Shown here piece by piece: positions 8,586 to 16,412 of a stretch of 35,040 bases of DNA. Numbering within the stretch: the stretch's first letter is position 1; each line of letters begins with the position of its first letter. A program made the position numbers and the translations under genes. The stretch comes from Myxococcales bacterium. Lineage in GTDB: Bacteria > Myxococcota > Myxococcia > Myxococcales > 40CM-4-68-19. The DNA lies in contig DATKAG010000541.1 in assembly GCA_035498355.1 (NCBI GenBank), positions 1 to 35,040 of the forward strand. Reading direction: 5' to 3'. Under the pieces are notes generated by a model. That model saw nothing but the letters and a program-made list of their open reading frames with translations, made no database searches and was not told the origin of the DNA.

Positions 8586-9711
8586 TCCGCGCGTCCGCGA
8601 GCTGAAGTTCCGCGATCCCGAGCGGGCGCGCCGGTTGACCGCTGCGCTCCGGCAGGCCGCGGAGGACATCGGCCGGCCGGCGAGCGTGATGCACGTCTGC
8701 GGCAGCCACGAGCAGGCCATCGCCCGTTTCGGGCTGCGCGCCGCCTTTCCCACGAGCCTGAACGTGATCATGGGGCCCGGCTGCCCCGTCTGCATCACCG
8801 ACGTGCCCGAGGTCGACGAGGGCGTCGCCCTGGCCCTGCAGGGCGTGCGCATCGCCACCTACGGGGACATGCTCAAGGTGCCGGGGACGGTGAAGTCGCT
8901 GGCCAGCGCCCAGGCCGAGGGCGCCCGCATCGACATCGTCTACAGCGTCGCCCAGGCCGTGCAGCTGGCGCGCTCCGTCTCCGAGGAAGTCTGCTTCTTC
9001 GCCACCGGCTTCGAGACCACCGCGGTGGCGACGGCGGCGGAGATCCTCGCCGGGCCGCCGGAGAACTTCTCCGTCCTCTCCGCGCACAAGTACATCCCGC
9101 CGGTGATGGAGATCGTCGCGGAGATGCCGGAGAACAAGGTCGAGGGCTTCCTCGCCGCCGGCCATGCCGCCTCGATCACCGGCTGGGGCGTGTTCGAGCC
9201 GTTCGCCGCCCGGCACGGGCTCCCCGTGGTCGTCGCCGGGTTCGAGCCGCTCGACATCCTCGCCGCGCTGGTCAAGCTCGTCGAGCTGGTGCGGGACGGG
9301 AGCCCCGGGGTCGTCAACATGTTCCCCCGCTGCGTGACGAAGGAGGGCAACCTCCCCGCGCAAGAGACGCTCTGGAAGGTCTTCCGGCCCCTGGGTGGCC
9401 GCTGGCGCGGGATCGCGCACGTCCCCAACGGGAACCTCAGGTTGCGCGACGAGTTCGCGCACCTCGACGCACGGCGCCGCTTCCGGATCGACCTGGCGCG
9501 CTTCTGGGACTACGCGCCCGCGGGCCTCGCCCAGCAGTGCATCTGCGGCGACATCATGGCGGGCATCAACTCGCCCACCGGCTGCGCCCTCTACGGCAAG
9601 CAGTGCACGCCGGAGAACCCGGTCGGCGCCTGCATGGTCTCCACCGAGGGCACCTGCCGCATCTGGCACCAGTACGGCGGGCTCCCCAACCTGCGCGAGG
9701 TGAAGGCATGA
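8569..9711 (+). CDS. hypD: Hydrogenase maturation Fe-S protein HypD
   Basis: CGSHEQAI and GPGCPVCIT motifs and a Cys-rich C-terminus (CICGDI...CALYG...C...C). 17-nt overlap with hypC. Confidence 0.9.
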   Translation: MQPGNDPRVRELKFRDPERARRLTAALRQAAEDIGRPASVMHVCGSHEQAIARFGLRAAFPTSLNVIMGPGCPVCITDVPEVDEGVALALQGVRIATYGDMLKVPGTVKSLASAQAEGARIDIVYSVAQAVQLARSVSEEVCFFATGFETTAVATAAEILAGPPENFSVLSAHKYIPPVMEIVAEMPENKVEGFLAAGHAASITGWGVFEPFAARHGLPVVVAGFEPLDILAALVKLVELVRDGSPGVVNMFPRCVTKEGNLPAQETLWKVFRPLGGRWRGIAHVPNGNLRLRDEFAHLDARRRFRIDLARFWDYAPAGLAQQCICGDIMAGINSPTGCALYGKQCTPENPVGACMVSTEGTCRIWHQYGGLPNLREVKA

Positions 9712-10730
9712 ACCCGCTGCTCGGCGAGCGGGTCGCTCTCAAGCACGGCGCCGGCGGCCGGGCCATGCGCATGCTGATCGAGAGCATCTTCGTCGAAGGG
9801 CTGGCCGCCGAGGTCGACGGCGTGGGGCTGGCGGCGATGGACGACGGCGCCGCCCTGCGCGTCGGCGAGCAGTGGCTGATCCTCACCACCGACTCGCACG
9901 TGGTGCACCCCCGCTTCTTCCCCGGCGGGGACATCGGGCGCCTCTCCATCTCCGGCACCGTCAACGACCTGGCGATGATGGGCGCCACCGAGCCGCTGGG
10001 CCTCACCTGCGCGGTGGTGCTCGAGGAGGGCTTCCCCTTCTCCGAGCTGGAGAGGATCCGCGACTCGATGAAGGCGGCCGCCGCCGAGGCGGGCGCCCGG
10101 GTGGTCACCGGCGACACCAAGGTGATGCGCAAGGGCGAGGTGGACGGGATCGTCCTCAACACCACCGGAGTCGCCCTGACGGGCACGCTGGTGCGCGACT
10201 GCGACCTGCGGCCCGGCGACCGGATCATCGTCAGCGGCTCGATCGGCGACCACGGCTTCGCGGTGCTCGCCGCCCGCCACGGCCTCGACCTGCAGGGGGA
10301 CCTGCGCAGCGACGTCGCGCCGGTCAACGGGGTCGTCCGGCTGGCGCTGCGCGCCGGGGGCGTCGTCGCCCTCAAGGATCCGACGCGGGGCGGGCTGGCG
10401 AGCACGCTGCACGAGCTGGCGGCGAAAAGCGGGGTGGGAATCCTGCTGGAGGAAGGGGCGATCCCCATCCACGGCGAGGTGCGGGCGGCCTCGGAGCTGC
10501 TGGGGATCGACCCGCTGCACGTCGCCAACGAAGGCAAGGCGGTGATCGGGGTGCGGCCGGAGAGCGCGGAGAAGGTGCTGGGCGCAATCCGCGAGCACCC
10601 GCTCGGCCGCGAGTCCGCCATCGTCGGCACCTGCCTCGACGACTGGAAGGGGAAGGTGATCCTCGATACCGGCTTCGGGAAACGGCTCGTGGCCGAGATC
10701 GAGGGCGAGCCCATGCCGCGGATCTGCTGA
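9708..10730 (+). CDS. hypE: Hydrogenase maturation carbamoyl dehydratase HypE
   Basis: AIR-synthase-like fold blocks (GAGGRAM, TTDSHVV, GDTKV) and the diagnostic C-terminal PRIC. ATGA overlap with hypD. Confidence 0.9.
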   Translation: MNPLLGERVALKHGAGGRAMRMLIESIFVEGLAAEVDGVGLAAMDDGAALRVGEQWLILTTDSHVVHPRFFPGGDIGRLSISGTVNDLAMMGATEPLGLTCAVVLEEGFPFSELERIRDSMKAAAAEAGARVVTGDTKVMRKGEVDGIVLNTTGVALTGTLVRDCDLRPGDRIIVSGSIGDHGFAVLAARHGLDLQGDLRSDVAPVNGVVRLALRAGGVVALKDPTRGGLASTLHELAAKSGVGILLEEGAIPIHGEVRAASELLGIDPLHVANEGKAVIGVRPESAEKVLGAIREHPLGRESAIVGTCLDDWKGKVILDTGFGKRLVAEIEGEPMPRIC

Positions 10731-11563
10731 TGAGCTTCATCCGCATCGAGCGCGAGGGAGCGGTGGGCACCCTGGTGATGGAGCGCCGGGAGCGCTTCAA
10801 CGCCATGGACTGCGAGATGGCCCGCGACTTCCGCAAGGCCGGCTTGCAGCTCGCCCGCGACCCGGAGATCCGGGCGGTGGTGCTGCGCGGCTACCCGGGC
10901 GTCTTCTCGAGCGGAGCGGACCTCAAGTACATCCGCGGCGGCGGGGATCCGAAGGGGCTCGGGTACCTCTCCCCGCAGGCGCGCAGCGTGCCTCAGGGAT
11001 ACGGCGAGGTGTTCAAGCAGATCCTCGAATACCTGCACTCGACGATCTCCGAAATCCGCCGCAGCGCGAAGCCGTGGATCGCCGCGGTGGACGGGGTGGC
11101 CGCCGCGGGCGGATTCGGCATCGCGATGTGCTGCGACCTCGTCGTCGCCTCGGCGCGCTCGACCTTCGAGTGGGCGTATGGGAAGACCGCGCTCACCGGG
11201 GCGGAGAGCAGCACGTTCATGATCACCCGGCTGGTCGGCTTCCGCCGGGCGATGGAGCTGGCGCTGCTCAACCCCCGCCTGGACGCGGCGGGAGCGCTGG
11301 CGGCGGGCCTCCTGAACCGGGTCTTCCCCGACGATTCCTTCGACGCCGAGGTGAAGGCGCTGGCGGAGCGCGTGGCGGCGGGGCCCACCCGGTCGTTCGC
11401 GGTCACCAAGATGCTCCTCAACCAGGCGGCGGGCATCGACCGGCTCGACTTCCACCTGGACCAGGAGCTGGAGAACCTGGCCCGCAGCGCCGACAGCGAG
11501 GACTTTCGCGAGGGTCTCGACGCCTTCTTTGCCCGCCGGCCGGCGGCCTTCCGGGGGCGCTGA
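10730..11563 (+). CDS. Enoyl-CoA hydratase/isomerase (crotonase) superfamily protein embedded in the hyp operon
   Basis: Crotonase signatures: RFNAMD, VVLRG..GVFSSGADLK, AAVDGVAAAGGFGIAMCCDL, LLNPRLDAAGALAAGLLNRVF. The start overlaps the hypE stop by 1 nt and the stop overlaps the hypA start by 1 nt. Confidence 0.8.
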   Translation: MSFIRIEREGAVGTLVMERRERFNAMDCEMARDFRKAGLQLARDPEIRAVVLRGYPGVFSSGADLKYIRGGGDPKGLGYLSPQARSVPQGYGEVFKQILEYLHSTISEIRRSAKPWIAAVDGVAAAGGFGIAMCCDLVVASARSTFEWAYGKTALTGAESSTFMITRLVGFRRAMELALLNPRLDAAGALAAGLLNRVFPDDSFDAEVKALAERVAAGPTRSFAVTKMLLNQAAGIDRLDFHLDQELENLARSADSEDFREGLDAFFARRPAAFRGR

Positions 11564-11895
11564 TGCACGAGTACTCGCTGGTGCAGGCGCTGGTTTCCGA
11601 CGTGGAGCGGCAGATGCGCGGCCGCGCCGGCGAGGTGCGCCGGGTGCGGGTGCGGGTGGGAGCGCTCTCGGGAGTCGATCCCGGGCTGTTCTCCACCGCG
11701 TACCAGACCTTCCGTCCCCAGACCGTCTGCGCCTCCGCGGAGCTGGAGCTCACCGGGGTGCCGGCGCGCTGGGCCTGCCCACGGTGCCGGCGGCAGATTG
11801 CCGCGGGAGAGCGCCTGCAGTGCTGCGGCGAGCCGGCCCGGCTGGTGGAGGGCGACGACCTGGTGCTGGAGCAGATCGAGCTGGAGGTGCCGTGA
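11563..11895 (+). CDS. hypA: Hydrogenase nickel-insertion protein HypA (variant zinc site)
   Basis: MHEYSLVQALV N-terminus (MHE nickel site), 110 aa. First zinc motif is CPRC, but the second position reads QCCGEP instead of CxxC. Confidence 0.85.
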   Translation: MHEYSLVQALVSDVERQMRGRAGEVRRVRVRVGALSGVDPGLFSTAYQTFRPQTVCASAELELTGVPARWACPRCRRQIAAGERLQCCGEPARLVEGDDLVLEQIELEVP

Positions 11896-11989
11896 GCAAG
11901 GAGAGCGCAGCCATTGCGCCCATTTCGCGCTCCGCGGAGGACCCGCGGCTGGCCCGTCGATTGCTGATCCCGGAGGGAGGAGATTCCGC

Positions 11990-12481
11990 ATGATGGCGCG
12001 CATTCCCCTGCTGGTGCTCGGCGTAGGCGATCCGCTCCGCCGCGACGACGGCCTCGGGCCGGCGGCCGTGGCGCTGCTCAGCCGCCGCTGGGAGGCCCCG
12101 GAGGGCGTGCGCGTGCTCGACGGCGGCACCTTGGGCGCGGACCTGCTTCCCTGGGTGGCCCGGGCGGACGCGCTCATCGTGGTGGACGCCGTGTACATCG
12201 ACCAGCCCCCGGGAACGCTGGCCCGCATCGCGGAGCCCGGAGAGGTGCTGTACGCGGAGGCGGAGCGGTTGGGCCTGCAGCAGGCGGGCGACCTGGCCAT
12301 GCCCGCCCGCCTGGCGCTTTTGGGGATCGTCCCCCAGGAGTCGGGGCCCGGGTTGCGCAGGTCGCGCTGCGTGGAGCAGGCGTTGCCGTCCCTGGTGGAC
12401 CTGATCCTCGCCGAGGCGGCTTCGCTCGGCTTCCCCTTCACGGCTCTCTCGCGGCAAACCCAGCAAGCCTTCGTCCAATAG
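11990..12481 (+). CDS. HyaD/HybD-family hydrogenase maturation endopeptidase paralog lacking any histidine
   Basis: LLVLGVGDPLRRDDGLG and IVVDAV blocks align with hybD. SD GGAGGGAGG lies 9 nt upstream. The block equivalent to hybD LSPHEPT reads LGLQQAG, and the 163-aa product contains no His. Confidence 0.75.
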   Translation: MMARIPLLVLGVGDPLRRDDGLGPAAVALLSRRWEAPEGVRVLDGGTLGADLLPWVARADALIVVDAVYIDQPPGTLARIAEPGEVLYAEAERLGLQQAGDLAMPARLALLGIVPQESGPGLRRSRCVEQALPSLVDLILAEAASLGFPFTALSRQTQQAFVQ

Positions 12482-12490
12482 GAGCGAGCC

Positions 12491-13183
12491 ATGTGCCAGG
12501 ACTGCGGCTGCGGCGACAGCGAGCTCGTTCCCGTCGAAGTGCAGGAACGCCTCCTGGCCGCCAACGACCGGACGGCGGCGCACAACCGGGAGCACTTCGT
12601 GGAGCACGGCGTCCTGGCCCTGAACCTGATGGGCTCGCCGGGCTCGGGGAAGACGGCGCTCCTGGAGGCGACGGCGCGCTGGACGAAAGGGAGGCTGCGC
12701 CTGGGCGCGGTGAGCGGGGACCTGGAGACCGACCGCGACGCCGCCCGGCTGATCAAGGCCGGCATTCCCGCCCGCGCCATCACCACCGGCACCGCCTGCC
12801 ACCTGGACGCCTCGCTGGTGCACCACGCGCTGCACGAGTTCCCCCTCGCCGGCCTGGACGTGTTCGCCATCGAGAACGTGGGCAACCTGGTCTGCCCCGC
12901 CATCTACGATCTGGGCCAGGCCGCGAACGTCGTGGTCCTCTCCGTCACCGAGGGGGAGGACAAGCCGCTCAAGTATCCCACCATGTTCCGCGCGGCCGAC
13001 CTGGTGGTGCTCACCAAGCTCGACCTCTTGTCCCACCTCGACATCCGGGTGGAGGCCATCGAGGATGCCCTCGCCCGCGTGATGCCTTCGCCCCGCCTGA
13101 TCGCCGTCTCGGCAAAGACCGGCGCGGGGATCGGGGACTGGCTGGAGTGGATCGCGCAGCGGCGGCAGAAGAAGGTGGCTTGA
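12491..13183 (+). CDS. hypB: Hydrogenase nickel-incorporation GTPase HypB
   Basis: N-terminal MCQDCGCG high-affinity metal motif. P-loop GSPGSGKT, plus ENVGNLVCP and TKLDL GTPase blocks. Confidence 0.92.
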   Translation: MCQDCGCGDSELVPVEVQERLLAANDRTAAHNREHFVEHGVLALNLMGSPGSGKTALLEATARWTKGRLRLGAVSGDLETDRDAARLIKAGIPARAITTGTACHLDASLVHHALHEFPLAGLDVFAIENVGNLVCPAIYDLGQAANVVVLSVTEGEDKPLKYPTMFRAADLVVLTKLDLLSHLDIRVEAIEDALARVMPSPRLIAVSAKTGAGIGDWLEWIAQRRQKKVA

Positions 13184-13197
13184 TTTCACGGCGCTGG

Positions 13198-13554
13198 CTA
13201 AGACGCCACCGCCCTCCGCGACCTGGACGACACGCAGTCGATGCAGTACCTCGCCTCCGGGATCGCCCGCAGCCGCTGCCGTCCCACCGCGCCCCCGCAG
13301 CTCTGGCAGGTCCCGTACACGCCCTTGTCGATGCGCTCCAGCGCCGCCACCAGCTCGGAGAGCTCGCCGGTCTGCGCTCCCCGGATGGACTCCAGCACCT
13401 CGATGGGCGAACGATGGGCCGCGTGGTCGAGGATGTCGGGGTGGGCGGCTCCCTGGAGCTGCGCCTCCTCCTTGTCGACGCCGGCAATCAGCGCCTCGAT
13501 GACCTTCTTCCGGTCGAGGAGCCGCTTGCGGGCCTCTTTCGCCATCTCGTCCAT
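13198..13554 (-). CDS. DksA/TraR-family C4 zinc-finger protein
   Basis: 118 aa: MDEMAKEARKRLL... coiled-coil region, then CQSCGGAVGRQRLRAIPEARYCIDC (CxxC-N17-CxxC). It is the real 3' part of the spurious 609-aa ORF 13198..15027. Confidence 0.8.
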   Translation of the reverse strand: MDEMAKEARKRLLDRKKVIEALIAGVDKEEAQLQGAAHPDILDHAAHRSPIEVLESIRGAQTGELSELVAALERIDKGVYGTCQSCGGAVGRQRLRAIPEARYCIDCVSSRSRRAVAS

Positions 13555-13635
13555 CGCCAGATGCCTCCGCAGCCAGCGATTACAAGAACGATGCCGCGCC
13601 GGATGGCAGGGTGACACAGCCCTTTTCCCGCATGG

Positions 13636-13655
13636 TTTGCGCCTCGGGGCGCAAA
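13636..13655 (-). terminator. GC-rich hairpin TTTGCGCC-N4-GGCGCAAA between hemY and the dksA-like gene (possible attenuator, terminator or operator)
   Basis: Perfect 8-bp inverted repeat with a 4-nt loop, 10 nt downstream of the hemY stop. No U-tract follows on either strand, so intrinsic-terminator function is uncertain. Confidence 0.25.
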
Positions 13656-13664
13656 ATCGAGCCC

Positions 13665-14921
13665 TTACGAGGAGAGGCGGGCCGCGGCGGCTGCGCCCGA
13701 GCGGGCCACGTCGGGCACGCCGACCCCGTCGTAGGCCGCGCCGGCCAGCTCCAGACCGGGGAATCCGGAGAGGAGCGAGCGGAGCTCGCGCACCCTCTCC
13801 CGGTGCCCCGGCGCGTACTGGGGAATGGCCTCGCTCCAGCGCACCACCCGGACGTACTCGGGGTCCTCGCGCACCCCCCAGGTGGCGCGCAGGTCCGCCA
13901 TCACCTTGTCCACCAGCTCCGCGTCGGGAAGGGCGGCCCGCTCGGGGTGCCGGGCGCCGCCGCAGATGGCGGTGACCAGCGCCCGTCCCTGGGGAGCGCG
14001 GCCGGGGAGCATGCTGCTGGGGAGCAGGGTGCCCACGCCGTGCAGCGTGCCGTCGGCGTCGATCATCCCGAACCCGCGCGGGAGCCCGTCCTGGCGCAGG
14101 CCGAGGTGCACCACCGTCACCGGGGCGCAGCGCAAGGCCCCCGCCGCCTCGGCGAAAGCGGGCGCGAAGCTTTTCGCCAGCTCGGCGGCGGCGGCGGCGG
14201 GAACCGCCAGCACCACGCCGTCGAAGCGATATCCCTCGACGATCCAGGTCTTCCCTTCCGGCTCGACCGCCCTCACCCGCGCGCCCAGGCGCACGCGTCC
14301 GTCCAGGGTGCGGGCCGCCGCTTCCGCCAGCATCCCCAGCCCCCCGCGCAGCGTCCAGATCCCGCTCCTCGGCCCCTTCTCCCGGCGAAAGGCGTTGACG
14401 ATCAGCGAGCCCTTCTCGCCCAGCGCTCCCAGCGCGGGGAAGGCGTCCCGCGCGGAGAGCGCGTCCGGGTCCCCGGCGTAGACGCCGGCGCTCATCACCT
14501 TCGCCGCCAGGCCTCCGGCGCGCTTGCCCAGGCGGCGCTCGAGGAATGCGCGCAAGGGAACGTCCTCGCGCAGGGGCTTCGCGAAGAGCGGCTCGAGCAG
14601 CGCCCGGCCCAGGCCGGCGCGGGCGAGCAGCGGCAGGCTGGGCGCCTTGAGCACGCGCCCGTCCAGGTGCACCCAGCGGGTCATGGGCGGCGAGGGCTTC
14701 ACCACCTCGTCGCGCAGCCCGCTCGCCTCCAGCAGCGAGTCGAGCGGCCGGGCGAGGAAGTTGGGGCCGTCCTCGGTCAGGTAGCCCCGCTCGGAGCGCG
14801 TGCCGACCTTGCCGCCGGCGCGGTCGGCGGCTTCGAAGACCACCGGATCGGCCCCGCGCCGGATCAGCTCGTGCGCCGCGGAAAGACCCGCGATTCCGCC
14901 CCCGATCACTGCCACTCGCAT
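13665..14921 (-). CDS. hemY: Protoporphyrinogen/coproporphyrinogen oxidase, FAD-dependent (HemY family)
   Basis: MRVAVIGGGIAGLSAAHEL dinucleotide-binding N-terminus, GKV..R....YL.E.GPN block, 418 aa. SD AGGAGG lies 9 nt upstream of the ATG at 14921. It is the genuine C-terminal part of ORF 13665..16538. Confidence 0.85.
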   Translation of the reverse strand: MRVAVIGGGIAGLSAAHELIRRGADPVVFEAADRAGGKVGTRSERGYLTEDGPNFLARPLDSLLEASGLRDEVVKPSPPMTRWVHLDGRVLKAPSLPLLARAGLGRALLEPLFAKPLREDVPLRAFLERRLGKRAGGLAAKVMSAGVYAGDPDALSARDAFPALGALGEKGSLIVNAFRREKGPRSGIWTLRGGLGMLAEAAARTLDGRVRLGARVRAVEPEGKTWIVEGYRFDGVVLAVPAAAAAELAKSFAPAFAEAAGALRCAPVTVVHLGLRQDGLPRGFGMIDADGTLHGVGTLLPSSMLPGRAPQGRALVTAICGGARHPERAALPDAELVDKVMADLRATWGVREDPEYVRVVRWSEAIPQYAPGHRERVRELRSLLSGFPGLELAGAAYDGVGVPDVARSGAAAAARLSS

Positions 14922-14938
14922 CGCCGACGTCCTCCTGA

Positions 14939-14951
14939 CGCAATTCTTGCG
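14939..14951. promoter_or_regulatory. Palindromic site CGCAA-TTC-TTGCG (copy 3 of the recurrent motif) in the hemY/hemN divergent region
   Basis: Read directly: cgcaattcttgcg. It starts 2 nt beyond the hemY Shine-Dalgarno sequence, and lies 18 nt from the hemY ATG and 109 nt upstream of the hemN ATG. Confidence 0.45.
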
Positions 14952-15059
14952 CGCCGTGTTCCATCGCGCACTTCCTGCGCGCGACGCGCCTCGATGGCGG
15001 GTGTAGAGGCCCGGAAGCAATGGGCATTCCACGGCATGCTTCGTGAACTGTGACCGGGC

Positions 15060-16412
15060 ATGTCCGCCTTTCCCCCCGTGACCGAAGAGCTGGTCCGCCG
15101 CTACGACGTCCCCGCCCCCCGGTATACGAGCTACCCGACCGCGCCGGAATGGTCGGAGCGGATCGGGCCGGCGGACCTGGCCAATGCGCTGCAAACCGCC
15201 GGCGCGCAAGGGCCTTCCGCGCCCCTCTCGCTCTACGTGCACATCCCCTTCTGCAAGGAGCGCTGCACCTTCTGCGGGTGCAACGTGGTCATCGCCCGCA
15301 ACCAGCACACCGCCGACCGCTACATCGCCATGCTGGCCCGCGAGCTGGACAGCGTGGTGCAGCCGCTGGACGAGCGCAGGACGCTCTCCCAGGTGCACTA
15401 CGGGGGCGGGACCCCCACCTTCCTCGACGAGAAGCAGCTCACCGCGCTCTGGCAGAGCATCACCCGGCGCTTCTCCATCGCTCCCGACGCGGAGGTGGCG
15501 GTGGAGGTGGACCCGGTGGTCACCACCCGCGGGCAGCTCGCGCTGTTGCGCTCGTTCGGGTTCAACCGCATCTCCCTGGGCGTGCAGGATCTCGACCCCA
15601 CGGTGCAGAAGGCCATCGACCGCATCCAGACCGAGGAGGAGACGCGGGCGGTGCTGGAGTACGCGCGCGGCCTGGGGTACGGCGGGATCAACGTCGACCT
15701 GATCTACGGACTGCCCTACCAGACGCAACAGAGCTGGGCGGAGACGCTGCGCAAGGTCATCGCCATGCGCCCGGACCGCGCGGCCGTCTACGGCTTCGCT
15801 TACGTCCCTGAGCAGCGCACCAACCAGAAGCGGCTGCCGGTGGCGGGAATCCCCCGGGGGGCGGCGAAGCTCGACCTCTTCCGCACCGCCTGGGAGGCCT
15901 TCACGGAGGCGGGGTACCGGCCCATCGGGATGGACCACTTCGCCCTGCCGGAGGACGAGCTGTCCAAGGCGCAGGAGCGGCGCACGCTGACACGCAACTT
16001 CCAGGGGTATACGGTGAAGGCGGCGGGGGACGTGGTGGCCATCGGAGCTTCCGCCATCAGCGACGTGAGCGGGCTGTACGCGCAGAACGCGCGCGGCCTG
16101 CCGCACTACTACGCGGCCGTGGGCGAGGGCCGGCTGGCCACCGAGCGCGGGTTCCGCTGCAGCGACGACGACCGGCGGCGCCGGGGCATCATCAACAGCA
16201 TCATGTGCAACTTCTGGGTGGACCTGGGGACGACGGCCGGGTGGGAGCGGGAGCTGGAGCGGCTTTCGGCGCTGGAGAAGGAAGGCCTCCTGACGGTGCG
16301 GGGCAGCGAGATCGAGCTGACGCCGCTGGGCCGGATCTTCGTGCGCAACGTGGCCTGCGTGTTCGACGCGTACCTGGGGCATGGCGAAAGGATCTTCTCG
16401 AGGGCGGTGTGA
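15060..16412 (+). CDS. hemN: Oxygen-independent coproporphyrinogen III oxidase (radical SAM) HemN
   Basis: PRYTSYPTA N-terminal motif, radical-SAM CKERCTFCGC, GGGTPTF, 450 aa. Confidence 0.92.
   Translation: MSAFPPVTEELVRRYDVPAPRYTSYPTAPEWSERIGPADLANALQTAGAQGPSAPLSLYVHIPFCKERCTFCGCNVVIARNQHTADRYIAMLARELDSVVQPLDERRTLSQVHYGGGTPTFLDEKQLTALWQSITRRFSIAPDAEVAVEVDPVVTTRGQLALLRSFGFNRISLGVQDLDPTVQKAIDRIQTEEETRAVLEYARGLGYGGINVDLIYGLPYQTQQSWAETLRKVIAMRPDRAAVYGFAYVPEQRTNQKRLPVAGIPRGAAKLDLFRTAWEAFTEAGYRPIGMDHFALPEDELSKAQERRTLTRNFQGYTVKAAGDVVAIGASAISDVSGLYAQNARGLPHYYAAVGEGRLATERGFRCSDDDRRRRGIINSIMCNFWVDLGTTAGWERELERLSALEKEGLLTVRGSEIELTPLGRIFVRNVACVFDAYLGHGERIFSRAV

Noticed and set aside
11892-11993. 33-aa ORF (VSKESAAIAPISRSAEDPRLARRLLIPEGGDSA) exactly bridging hypA and the second endopeptidase gene, with a GTGA overlap at its start and an ATGA overlap at its end
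   Set aside because: The double overlap is eye-catching. However, by my count GC3 is only about 73%, against more than 90% in neighbouring genes. There is no SD, no hydrophobic or Cys/His feature, and the strong SD GGAGGGAGG for the next gene lies inside it. It is more likely a spacer that happens to be open. Worth a ribosome-profiling check only.
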